Assembly: GCA_048887225.1 (NCBI GenBank)
Contig: JBHLJY010000002.1
Location: 192,001-256,000, forward strand
DNA: 64,000 nucleotides
DNA from: Candidatus Hodarchaeota archaeon
Lineage (GTDB): Archaea > Asgardarchaeota > Lokiarchaeia > Sigyniarchaeales > SOKP01
Direction of reading: 5' to 3'
Shown: positions 18,792 to 28,314 of the stretch, one piece after another
Numbering within the stretch: the first letter of the stretch is position 1
Layout: each line of letters starts with the position of its first letter
Notes under the pieces: model-generated
Seen by the model: only the letters and a program-made list of their open reading frames with translations
What the model was told of the DNA's origin: nothing
Database searches by the model: none
Translations under genes and position numbers: made by a program

Positions 18792-19613
18792 TCATTTTAA
18801 ATTTAATCTTTTTTTGGCCAACTGAATAGCTTTAGGATTATTATCAATACCAATCCACTTTCTTTTAAGCTTTTTTGCGACTACTAATGTTGTACCTGTT
18901 CCACAAAAAAAATCTGCTATAATATCTCCTTCATTTGACGAAGCTAAAATTATTCGTTCGATTAATTCTTCTGGCTTTTGAGTTGGATATCCCAAATATT
19001 CCTTTGACCTTGTTCTTGTTTGGTAAGAATATATATCGTTCCATACATCTCCTACTAAAGTTCCAGGTTTTTCATCAAGGTATTGCTTACCTCCGCGACG
19101 TTTTCTATAGAGTCGACCATTTTCGTCCTCATATCTGAACATTTTCTTTATATATTCTTCTTTGTATGGAATATATTGCTTATTGAACGTGAAATTTTCT
19201 GATTTTGTATAGTATAGGATTGTATCGTGTTGGCGGACCCATCCCTTCACTTGGGATTTGAATCCGGATACGCTGCCAACATTCCAAATTATTTCCCGTC
19301 GAAAATTTTCCTTCTTAAATATTGTGTCGCATAAAGGCTTTAAATCAAAAATGGCACTCGCATCGCAGTGTAAATAGAAAGAACCATTTGATTTGAGAGC
19401 TCGGTGCATTTCCTTTATCCTTAAATCCATAAAATCCAAATAATCGTCTAATGATGCCCATAAATCTGAAAATTCCTTATAATCTATGCCGCTGTGGAAG
19501 GGGGGATCAATATAAATTAAATCAATAAATTCAGAATCGAGATTTTGTAAAAATACCAAATTTTCTGATAAGTAGATATGATTTAATTTCATTTCCATAG
19601 TAAATTTAAACAA
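18792..19613 (-). CDS. Orphan amino-DNA methyltransferase, beta class (start likely 19598 or 19592)
   Basis: LIYIDPPF (motif IV) precedes YPTQKPE and DFFCGTGTT (motif I). Confidence 0.9.
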   Translation of the reverse strand: MFKFTMEMKLNHIYLSENLVFLQNLDSEFIDLIYIDPPFHSGIDYKEFSDLWASLDDYLDFMDLRIKEMHRALKSNGSFYLHCDASAIFDLKPLCDTIFKKENFRREIIWNVGSVSGFKSQVKGWVRQHDTILYYTKSENFTFNKQYIPYKEEYIKKMFRYEDENGRLYRKRRGGKQYLDEKPGTLVGDVWNDIYSYQTRTRSKEYLGYPTQKPEELIERIILASSNEGDIIADFFCGTGTTLVVAKKLKRKWIGIDNNPKAIQLAKKRLNLK

Positions 19614-19751
19614 ATCAAATATAATTCCTTTACTATTAAGAGATTATTTTTCCTACATTTGTGTCTAGAAGTTCCAAAAGTATTTAAAAATAGAAAACAC
19701 AATATTATCAACTTCAATATATGTAGAAAAAGTCAGTGAAGTGAAAAAAGG

Positions 19752-21131
19752 ATGAAATCTATAACAAAAAATAGGATTGTTCTGTTTTCTGTGTTAATGG
19801 CACTCATCTTAACTATTGGGAATGTTAACTATATTCAAAATTCTAATGAAAAAAGTTCCAATTTGTTGGAAGTGGAAACTGAAGAAAAGAGCATTGAACA
19901 AATTGAAATAAAAAGTAGTGGAGATAACGATTTTTCAACATTATGGATTAGTGGTGATATTGGAGCTGTAGAGGCCATAAGTATAGGAGATCAGGATGAT
20001 GACGGGAAAGGTGAGATAATTGTAGGAGCTAATCAATATATTAAAGTGTTTGAATATAATGCTACATATAATAACTACACAAATGTATATACAAGTGAAT
20101 GGATAGGCTCTCCATATGCTGTGTGTGTTGGTGATGATCTTGATCAAGACGGAAAGAAAGAAATTATTGGGGGTCATTTTTCTGCCAATTATTTCAACGT
20201 CCGTGAATACAATGGGAATGATAATGATTATGATATAGTCTATAATAGTGGATTAGGAGGTTCAAGTTTTCTTGAAGATATTTGCATTGGTAATGACCTT
20301 GATAAAGATGGGAGGATGGAAATAGTAATTGGGGATGGGCTTTATTTGAATGTATCGGAATATAATGGTGTTGACAACGGTTATACTAATGTTTGGACGA
20401 GCAATTCAATAGGTATGATACAAGATGTATGTACTGATAATGATCTTGATGAAGATGGGAAAGCGGAAATAATTGCAGTTGCTTCTAAAACCTATGTTTT
20501 TGAAAATACAGGTGCTAATGCTTTTACTGAGGTCTGGAGTACGTCTAATAATGGTTATCATGCCTGTGTTGGTAATGATCTTGATAACGATGGCAAAAAA
20601 GAAATTGTTGTTAGTGCTTTTAATGAAAGCGCAATCATATATGAATACAATGGTACAGATAATGGCTACGACCAGGTATGGAATAGTAGTGGTATTGTAA
20701 GTAACGTATTGACTATTTGCGTAGGTAACGATCTTGACAGAGATGGGAAAAATGAGATAATTACAGGTTCTTCAGATGGAAAAGTAACAATTATTGAATA
20801 TAATGGCACTGATAATGGTTATTCTAAGATTTGGGATAGTGGAACAACTATTAATAAATACGTTGAAAATATAGCTGTAAGTGATGATCTTAATAACGAT
20901 GGTAAAAAAGAATTAATTGCTACCACAAATGACTATTCTCCTAACAGATTGTATATTTTTCAGCATGATGACACAATTTCGCCAACGATTATCATTGTAG
21001 ACGACGATGACGATGATGATGACGATGAAGAAGGTATTTATATATCAACTACAACATTAATTGTTGGAGGGACCATCTCTGCAATTGCAATCGTAGCAGT
21101 TATAATACTTTTAATTAAACGAAAGAGATGA
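19752..21131 (+). CDS. Membrane-anchored FG-GAP/VCBS-repeat beta-propeller surface protein
   Basis: Signal-like N-terminus; seven D-(L/Q)-D/N-x-D-G-K/R-x-E-I/L repeats; poly-Asp linker; C-terminal TM plus KRKR. Confidence 0.85.
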   Translation: MKSITKNRIVLFSVLMALILTIGNVNYIQNSNEKSSNLLEVETEEKSIEQIEIKSSGDNDFSTLWISGDIGAVEAISIGDQDDDGKGEIIVGANQYIKVFEYNATYNNYTNVYTSEWIGSPYAVCVGDDLDQDGKKEIIGGHFSANYFNVREYNGNDNDYDIVYNSGLGGSSFLEDICIGNDLDKDGRMEIVIGDGLYLNVSEYNGVDNGYTNVWTSNSIGMIQDVCTDNDLDEDGKAEIIAVASKTYVFENTGANAFTEVWSTSNNGYHACVGNDLDNDGKKEIVVSAFNESAIIYEYNGTDNGYDQVWNSSGIVSNVLTICVGNDLDRDGKNEIITGSSDGKVTIIEYNGTDNGYSKIWDSGTTINKYVENIAVSDDLNNDGKKELIATTNDYSPNRLYIFQHDDTISPTIIIVDDDDDDDDDEEGIYISTTTLIVGGTISAIAIVAVIILLIKRKR

Positions 21132-21355
21132 ATTAAGAAAAAATCGTAAGTAAAATATAATTATTTAATTTACATCTTTATTCTAAAATATATTACTAAT
21201 AGACTACTAAAATTTAATTTATCCTCAGTTATTTTTAGGTCTAAAAATCAGAAATTCAATAATGAGAGTATATTTTAATTTTGAGATTATTGAATAAAAT
21301 TTAAAGAGCTCATATTTAAATCTTTAAACTTTATAATTAAAGGTCCAAATTAAAG

Positions 21356-22282
21356 ATGGAATTGTTCCAAGTTTTTCGGGACAATCAAAAGAATTTGTTT
21401 TTCCAGTTTAAAAAGAGTGAAGAAGAAAAACTAAAAATTCTTCCTGAAACGGTAAAACGTGTGAATCTTCGATTTGAAATTAATAGACGAGAAACCTGTC
21501 TTAAAAATCCTCCATCTTTAATTTCTATTAAAAAATTCTATTTCTTCAAGGATTTTATAATCCTTACCATTGATCTAAATGAAATATTTAATCTTGACGG
21601 ATTAATAATAAAAATATTGCATTTAACGGTTTTTTTACAATCAAATAAAAGAATAGAAACTTCATTTGATAGAAAATTTGAATTGTCTGAGATTTGTCTT
21701 GACAAAGATTTCAATTTGGAAGAGAGTAACGAAAATTTCTTTACGCAGGAAAGGATTTATCGTGAACGTAAAACAGATTATAAAAATAATAAACAAAAAG
21801 ATACTTTTATTTATGAAAAGAAAAAATTGAATAGAATTTCCCAAAACAATATTATAATGGCGACAATTCGCGAAAATAATAAAAGATTGAAAAATATAGA
21901 AAGCCAACTAGAGACAGTTAATATAACATTAAAAAATATAACATTTAATAATTTTAATTATGTTTCTCAAGATTCACCAAGGAGAGGTGCACTCCAGAGA
22001 GGAATCGAGAGAATAAAGAAAGTTAGAGGGCCAGTGTCAAACTTAGTTCTAAAACCTCCTGGATACCTGTATTTTTTACCCGAATTAAAGACTCTGGTGA
22101 ATAACAGCGAAAGATTTAAAAATTTCTTGAAACCGATGAGTAATGAAGAATTAAATGCGATTACTCTTGATGATGATGAATTGAATAAGAAACAAATAGA
22201 TTTTTATAATCGCCAAAAAAAAAATACAACAGTCAAGCAAACAAAGCAACTTAAGTTGAAAAACTTAAAAATACCGAAATAA
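21356..22282 (+). CDS. Hypothetical protein with a short coiled coil
   Basis: 308-aa ORF; IRENNKRLKNIESQLETV heptads. Confidence 0.6.
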   Translation: MELFQVFRDNQKNLFFQFKKSEEEKLKILPETVKRVNLRFEINRRETCLKNPPSLISIKKFYFFKDFIILTIDLNEIFNLDGLIIKILHLTVFLQSNKRIETSFDRKFELSEICLDKDFNLEESNENFFTQERIYRERKTDYKNNKQKDTFIYEKKKLNRISQNNIIMATIRENNKRLKNIESQLETVNITLKNITFNNFNYVSQDSPRRGALQRGIERIKKVRGPVSNLVLKPPGYLYFLPELKTLVNNSERFKNFLKPMSNEELNAITLDDDELNKKQIDFYNRQKKNTTVKQTKQLKLKNLKIPK

Positions 22283-22346
22283 TTGATTCTAATATCAGAT
22301 TCGTTAGTAAATTTAAATAAAAAGCAATTATTTTTAATTATTATTT

Positions 22347-22730
22347 ATGGAGAAAAAGCGATTAAATCAAGAATTCTTGGACGAATTTAAAAATTACGAT
22401 TTTTCAAAAATAATTGAAAATAAAATATACTTAGTAGGCTCAATAACTAAGGCGAAAGATTATTTTATTAAAATTGAATCAATCTTACAAATTATTTATA
22501 AGAAATTGGTTTCAATTTGTTCAGTTGATGGCCTTTCGAATAAAAACTTATTTTCTCCAGATGAGTGGGATAAATTGCAAGCAATAGCCATTAGAAAATT
22601 GAATGATCAAGAAGCAATTTTGGTTTTAGATGTGGAAAATTACTTAGGGGATCAATCAAGAGAAGAAATTGAATATTTTGAAACTCAATTAAAGCGACCA
22701 ATTTATTATTTATCAAATTTAAAAATATAA
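22347..22730 (+). CDS. Nucleoside 2-deoxyribosyltransferase-like protein
   Basis: IYLVGSIT...AILVLDVENYLGDQSREEIEY...RPIYY pattern. Confidence 0.55.
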   Translation: MEKKRLNQEFLDEFKNYDFSKIIENKIYLVGSITKAKDYFIKIESILQIIYKKLVSICSVDGLSNKNLFSPDEWDKLQAIAIRKLNDQEAILVLDVENYLGDQSREEIEYFETQLKRPIYYLSNLKI

Positions 22731-22748
22731 AATATAAGGCGTTAAAAA

Positions 22749-23525
22749 ATTCTATTAAATTATTTTATTGGAACCGCAGGAAGTGGAAAATCTACGCTTA
22801 CTGGGGAATTAAAAGATTATATAATTAATCGGGATCCAGAAGTATCTGCTATAACGTTAAATTTAGATCCTGGTGTCAAGGTTATTCCCTATGCTCCAGA
22901 TATAGATATTAGAGATTTTATTGTACTCGACGAGGTTATGGAAGAGTATGGATTAGGTCCTAATGGTGCGATGATACTGGCCTCAGATTTAATGGTTAAT
23001 TATTTAGACGACTTAAAGGATGAGATCGATGAGTTTAATTCTGATTGGGTTTTAGTTGATACTGCCGGTCAATTGGAACTCTTTGCCTTCAGAGAAACAG
23101 GGCCATTAATAGCAAGTTCTTTAGGATTTGGTGATATACAACGGTCTGTATCTTTCCTTTTCGATTCAAATTTTGTTCTTAGACCAAACGGTTTTATTTC
23201 AACGTTATTATTAGCAGCCTCAGTTCAATTTCGGTTCAGAAAAATTCCCCAGATTAATATTCTTTCCAAAGTAGACTTATTAGATGATGACCAAATAGAA
23301 ATGATCGTTAATTGGAGCCAAGATTTTCAATCTCTGGAAGATTCTACAAGTGAGAGAGAAAAAGGATTAATAAGAGAATTGTCAATGGATTTATCTGAGG
23401 TGTTTATTCAAATGGGATCAACTGCGGAATTAATTCCCTGTACTAATAGAGAAGAAAATGGTCTTGATTTATTATTTGGAAGTTTACAAAGAGTTTTTGA
23501 TTCTGATAAATCGAGATTTTATTGA
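22749..23525 (+). CDS. GPN-loop GTPase (probable ATT start; track starts late at 22938)
   Basis: In-frame upstream LLNYFIGTAGSGKST and NLDPG, then GLGPNG, DTAGQLE, SKVD. In-frame TAA at 22743. Confidence 0.88.
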   Translation: MLLNYFIGTAGSGKSTLTGELKDYIINRDPEVSAITLNLDPGVKVIPYAPDIDIRDFIVLDEVMEEYGLGPNGAMILASDLMVNYLDDLKDEIDEFNSDWVLVDTAGQLELFAFRETGPLIASSLGFGDIQRSVSFLFDSNFVLRPNGFISTLLLAASVQFRFRKIPQINILSKVDLLDDDQIEMIVNWSQDFQSLEDSTSEREKGLIRELSMDLSEVFIQMGSTAELIPCTNREENGLDLLFGSLQRVFDSDKSRFY

Positions 23526-23613
23526 TATTATTAATTTTTCTTAAGATTTAAGTAAATTAGATTAATTTCATTAATTAAATTAAAACTTAAAAAGATTCAT
23601 AGCATAAATACGA

Positions 23614-24711
23614 ATGAAAATTATCGGGCCTATCGCTGGAATTGGCTCTAGATTACGTCCCTTTACTTTAAGCAAGCCAAAAGCATTTATTAGAGTTGCT
23701 GGAAAAACGGTTCTTGACCATATTCTTACTAAATTTACAAATACTTTTGAACCTGATACCGAATTAATTATTATTGTTGGATATAAAAAACGGCAAATAA
23801 TAAATTATATCTCCAAAAATTATAGCGATAAATTTAAACTTACTTTTATCGAGCAAATACCTCGAGGTTACACCGATAATGTGCCATATTATTGGGGATT
23901 AGGAGAAGCTGTGTATTTAGCTCATAAAAGATTTGAAGATAAAGAATTCAGTAATTCTGAAGAAGATAAAAGAGAAGGAGCGCTTATTTTTCTAGGTGAT
24001 ATGATTTTACTTGACGAATATTCGTATGTAATGATGAGATATTATGAATCTGATGTGGATGGAATAATAACAGTAATGAAAGTTCCTAAAGAAGACGCAA
24101 GTTCATATGGTGTTGTAGTCATAGATGAAAATAATATTATTACGAAAATGGTTGAAAAGCCACCAACATTCATTTCAGATTTAGCAATCGCCGGTATATA
24201 TGCTTTTTCAAATTCAGCAGCTAAAGCTCTTTTTAAAAATATTAAGAAATATTTGGATCAGAGAACGGAACAGTCAAAAGAAATTTATATGACGGAAAGT
24301 ATGCAGGATTTAGTTGATCAGGGTTTTAAAATCGCAGCAGTAGAGTTAAAAAGGGGGATACTCGATTTTGGAAGGCCTTCAGAAGTGTTAAATGGTAATC
24401 GATTTCTTTTAGAACATCAATCCATTAAAAAAGAAGAATTAGAGACTTTAAATATCTCTGTGGAGAAGAGTTTTATAAAAAATCCAAATTATATTGGAAG
24501 GAATACTAAAATCATAAATTCTATTATAGGCCCATACGTTTCAATAGGAAATAATTGTGTCATTAAAAATTCAATCTTAGAAAGCTGTGTAATAGAAAAA
24601 AATAATACGCTTACAAATATAATAACTAAAAATTCTATCATTGGTAGTAATGTAGAAGTTGAAAATATAAGTAAAGATAATTTAATTATTGGGGATAAGA
24701 GCGCTTTTTAA
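23614..24711 (+). CDS. Sugar-phosphate nucleotidyltransferase with left-handed beta-helix tail
   Basis: AGIGSRLRPFTLSKPK, FLGD, VEKP, LDFG, hexapeptide repeats. Confidence 0.9.
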   Translation: MKIIGPIAGIGSRLRPFTLSKPKAFIRVAGKTVLDHILTKFTNTFEPDTELIIIVGYKKRQIINYISKNYSDKFKLTFIEQIPRGYTDNVPYYWGLGEAVYLAHKRFEDKEFSNSEEDKREGALIFLGDMILLDEYSYVMMRYYESDVDGIITVMKVPKEDASSYGVVVIDENNIITKMVEKPPTFISDLAIAGIYAFSNSAAKALFKNIKKYLDQRTEQSKEIYMTESMQDLVDQGFKIAAVELKRGILDFGRPSEVLNGNRFLLEHQSIKKEELETLNISVEKSFIKNPNYIGRNTKIINSIIGPYVSIGNNCVIKNSILESCVIEKNNTLTNIITKNSIIGSNVEVENISKDNLIIGDKSAF

Positions 24712-24868
24712 TTATTTTCTAAAATTGGAATTTTTAATAATTGAAAACTACTAATTTTGTTATACTCTTTTAAATTGAGTAAAGTATTAATTTTAGCAAG
24801 ATAAATTTATTAACTAATGACTATAAGTTTTTTTTATTAGAAATCAAAAATAATTCCGATAAGTTATT

Positions 24869-26317
24869 ATGCCTTACAACGTCGCCTTTGATCTATCTCA
24901 TAAGCCTCGAGGAAAAATTGATGAAAACTATACTGAACTCCGAGATCATTTAAATGCAAACGATTTTGTTTGTTATAATTTTTTAGAAACACCTATTACC
25001 CAAGAATCTTTAAAAATTTATGATATTTTAGTTTTTGTCTGTCCCGATTATGCAAAAATAACACCTCCAGAAATATTAGAAATTGTAAATTGGGTAAAAG
25101 AAGAGGGGGGTGGCTTACTTTTACTCTCTCATGCAGGGGGTGATAAAGGCAGAAGTAGTAATTTAAGTGAATTAAGTGAAAATTTTGGTATTTCCTTTGA
25201 AAATGATCAAGTTCTTGATGAGATGAGTAATAATGGAATGGAAAATATTCCAATCATAACTGCTGCTAATTTTACTCCACCACACCCTATAACCAATGGT
25301 ATAAACGAAATTTGTTTCCGCGCCGGGTGTTCACTTACAGTTCTTGGAGGAGCAATTTCTGTAGTTTCTTCAAATGAAACATCTGACCCTTTTTCAAGTC
25401 CGTTAATCTGTGTTGCTGAACTGGAAAATGGTAGAGTATGTGCCACCGGTAGTTATGAAATGTTTAGAGATAGAACTGGAGGAGGATTTCAGACCGATGA
25501 ACATGCTAGATTAGCTTTAAATATTTTTGAATGGTTATTAAGTGAACATAGGAAGGAAATTACCCAATATGGTACAGTTCATGCTGCTCCTACTGCTCCA
25601 GCTCAACCCAATTCAACTCAATTAACAGAGCAATTCACATCACCGTATAGTTCTGATATAGATACACAAAGTATTGATTCTACAACAAAATTTTCCTCAA
25701 AAGAGGAATTAACAAGTCTTTTAAATACATATTTACTTCAAATTAATACTATTAAAAATAACATTAAAGATCTCATCAAAAATATAAATATTTATGGCGA
25801 TGCTATTTTTAAGCAAGGACCACAAACAGATGAAGTAGCAGAAGGTATTCAGGATTCTTATCAAACAATTGAAAGTGGTGAACAGGAAACTAATTCTCTC
25901 TCACCTTTACCAACAAAACCTCCCGACTTAAAGAAAGAAGTCAAAAAGGGAAAAGCAAAATCCAAAGAAGTCTTCATTGGACTGGAACCTGTAGAATACA
26001 AAGAGCGAGATACTATTGAAAAAGTATCAGATATAGCTTTAGCTGAAATAATTAAGAAAAAAAAAAAAAAGAAGGCAAAACCCAAGGATAAAGTTGGGAA
26101 AGCACCTAAGGGTGACAGAGAAAAATTAGAATTAGAATTGGAAGGATTAGAGTCGAAATTAAATTCCGCTTTTAATTTAATAAATTTTATCGAAAAGAAG
26201 CACGAATCCGGTAAATTGGATGATAACTCATATGAAAAACAAACGCGCAAACTTCAAAATGATTTAGAGCAAACTAAAAAACGTATCGCAGAAATTAGAA
26301 ATATTTTAGAAAGTTAA
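24869..26317 (+). CDS. GIFT (GldG/IFT52-like) domain protein with low-complexity linker and C-terminal helical hairpin
   Basis: VAFDLSHK, EGGGLLLL, FGISFEND, HPITNG, GRVCATGS, LALNIFEWL. Confidence 0.7.
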   Translation: MPYNVAFDLSHKPRGKIDENYTELRDHLNANDFVCYNFLETPITQESLKIYDILVFVCPDYAKITPPEILEIVNWVKEEGGGLLLLSHAGGDKGRSSNLSELSENFGISFENDQVLDEMSNNGMENIPIITAANFTPPHPITNGINEICFRAGCSLTVLGGAISVVSSNETSDPFSSPLICVAELENGRVCATGSYEMFRDRTGGGFQTDEHARLALNIFEWLLSEHRKEITQYGTVHAAPTAPAQPNSTQLTEQFTSPYSSDIDTQSIDSTTKFSSKEELTSLLNTYLLQINTIKNNIKDLIKNINIYGDAIFKQGPQTDEVAEGIQDSYQTIESGEQETNSLSPLPTKPPDLKKEVKKGKAKSKEVFIGLEPVEYKERDTIEKVSDIALAEIIKKKKKKKAKPKDKVGKAPKGDREKLELELEGLESKLNSAFNLINFIEKKHESGKLDDNSYEKQTRKLQNDLEQTKKRIAEIRNILES

Positions 26318-26330
26318 AATAATTGTTGAG

Positions 26331-27686
26331 CTAAGGATAATTATCTTTAACTACTTTCTCTTGTTTTGGTTTTACAGGGTGGCCATCTGGTATATATGGT
26401 TGAGCATATTTATTAACAATTTCAAAAAAATCCCTGTCAGAAACTCCTCTTGTAATTTTCTTCTGTTCTTCTTTGATTTTTTCAAAAGCTTTTCTTAGAT
26501 CCTCTTTGGATGTTGATTCATGAACAGTTTTTACTTCAGTTACAATCTTATGTATTATTTCTTCTGGTATATCTAAATCCAAAATTTTTAATTTACTCTC
26601 TAATGCATGAATAATTGATTTTGAACCCGAAAATTTCCCTAAATAGAATTTCCTCCTTTTTCCTACTATATGAGGATTAATTGGTTCATAAGTTAAAGGA
26701 TGAGCTAATATGGCGGCGATATGTAATCCACTTTCATGAGAAAAAGCATAATCTCCAACAATAGGTTTGTATTGAGATAATGGTTTACAAAAATATTTCT
26801 CACAAACTTCAGAAAGTTCAGGTAATTGATTTAATTTAATTCCCGTATTAAATCCTAATCGATGTAGGTTCATTACTACTTCATCTAAGGCTGCGTTTCC
26901 GGCTCGTTCACCATAACCATTAATACATGTATGCGGATATTGACATCCATGAAGAACCCCTGTAATTGTATTTGCTACTGCTAAGCCAAAATCATTATGA
27001 GTGTGAATCCCCATATAAATCTTTTCTTTTTGGGGTTCAATCACTTCCTTCATGATTCGATTTACTAAATATCTAGTTGAAAATGGCGTTAAAACACCTA
27101 CAGTATCACCGAGAACTATTCTTTCAGCACCCGCTTCTATAGCAGTTAAAAACACATTTTTTAAATGATCAAAGTCGCAGCGTGTTCCATCTTCAGAAAC
27201 CCAGTTAACTTTAAATCCATTATCCTTTGCGTAATGAATAGCATTTTTTATCATTTCCAATTGAAATTCTTCAGTATGTTTTAACGTTTTCCTAAAAATT
27301 GGAGAGATTGGCATAAATACTACAATTTCTCCGAGATCTGCAGCAATACAAGCGTCTATATCGTCGTTTCTAGGCCTTGCTATACCAAGTATCGTAGATC
27401 TTCTAAAATTTTCGTTTACTATAGCTTTAACAATATTTTTTTCGGATTCTGAAACTGCTGGAAAACCTACAGCTATTAATTTAACACCAATTTCATCCAT
27501 CAACTTTGTTAAATGTATTTTTTCATCAATTGTAAGATATACTGTTGGACTTTGTTCTCCATCTCTGAGTGTTTCATCCCAAATAGAAACTTCCTTCGGA
27601 ACTTTAAAATCAAAAGATTCGAAGGCAATCTTATTATAATCAATAAGTAGCTTTTCGAGTTCTTCTTTGGTAAACTTATAAGACAT
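26331..27686 (-). CDS. Homocitrate/2-isopropylmalate synthase family (DRE-TIM), AksA-like
   Basis: DETLRDGEQ, DTVG, HTHNDFG, GYGERAGN, HESGLH; no LeuA regulatory domain evident. Confidence 0.88.
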   Translation of the reverse strand: MSYKFTKEELEKLLIDYNKIAFESFDFKVPKEVSIWDETLRDGEQSPTVYLTIDEKIHLTKLMDEIGVKLIAVGFPAVSESEKNIVKAIVNENFRRSTILGIARPRNDDIDACIAADLGEIVVFMPISPIFRKTLKHTEEFQLEMIKNAIHYAKDNGFKVNWVSEDGTRCDFDHLKNVFLTAIEAGAERIVLGDTVGVLTPFSTRYLVNRIMKEVIEPQKEKIYMGIHTHNDFGLAVANTITGVLHGCQYPHTCINGYGERAGNAALDEVVMNLHRLGFNTGIKLNQLPELSEVCEKYFCKPLSQYKPIVGDYAFSHESGLHIAAILAHPLTYEPINPHIVGKRRKFYLGKFSGSKSIIHALESKLKILDLDIPEEIIHKIVTEVKTVHESTSKEDLRKAFEKIKEEQKKITRGVSDRDFFEIVNKYAQPYIPDGHPVKPKQEKVVKDNYP

Positions 27687-27788
27687 AACTAATTCTCCAC
27701 GATGATTAGTTAATAATAGAAATTAAAGAAGTTAAATAAAGTTCATTTTATAAAAGTATAATGGCAAAAAACTATAAGGATTTGGATT

Positions 27789-28289
27789 TTAATTAAAAAA
27801 AAACTTGAAATTTCTTATGCATTTCTTTCCTTCATTCATCAAACAGTTATTTATTTGAGGAGATACATCAAATTTTATACCTAATCCTTCAAACCAGCCT
27901 TCAATTCTGTCATAAATACCACAAATATAATCGTCTAAGACACCAATACGTTTAATCCCATTATAAGCAAAACATTTATGCATTTCAAATGTTAATTCAT
28001 TATCGTTGGAAAATTCGTATGAGAACTTCATAAAATCTGCTTTTACAATATCAACAACCTTATCCATGAAGTTCTTTAATTCTTCCAATGTTTTTATTTT
28101 TTCAATGCCAAGAACTTTTTTGAACCTTTTACACTCAACAAAACCTAGCCCTCGTGAAGCAGCTTTATTGATTTTGTTTGTTTTTTCAATTCCAACCTTT
28201 CTTAATGAATGTAGAAACCACATGCCATCATGAGTCATCCAAGATTTGAATAACAGTTCCTTTATTTCCTTTTCATTTAGAGTTTTCAT
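27789..28289 (-). CDS. DUF6125-like (V4R/H-NOX-like) protein
   Basis: WMTHDGMWF motif and four conserved Cys. Confidence 0.65.
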   Translation of the reverse strand: MKTLNEKEIKELLFKSWMTHDGMWFLHSLRKVGIEKTNKINKAASRGLGFVECKRFKKVLGIEKIKTLEELKNFMDKVVDIVKADFMKFSYEFSNDNELTFEMHKCFAYNGIKRIGVLDDYICGIYDRIEGWFEGLGIKFDVSPQINNCLMNEGKKCIRNFKFFFN

Positions 28290-28314
28290 TTTTCTTCATT
28301 AGATTTTCTTCTTG

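Noticed and set aside
18792-19613. Complete restriction-modification or defence system
   Set aside because: No recognisable nuclease, helicase or specificity subunit next to the methyltransferase.
21221-21237. Possible attR copy of the tRNA-Trp 3' end (CCTCAGTT)
   Set aside because: Only 8 bp match in AT-rich DNA, and no integrase is present.
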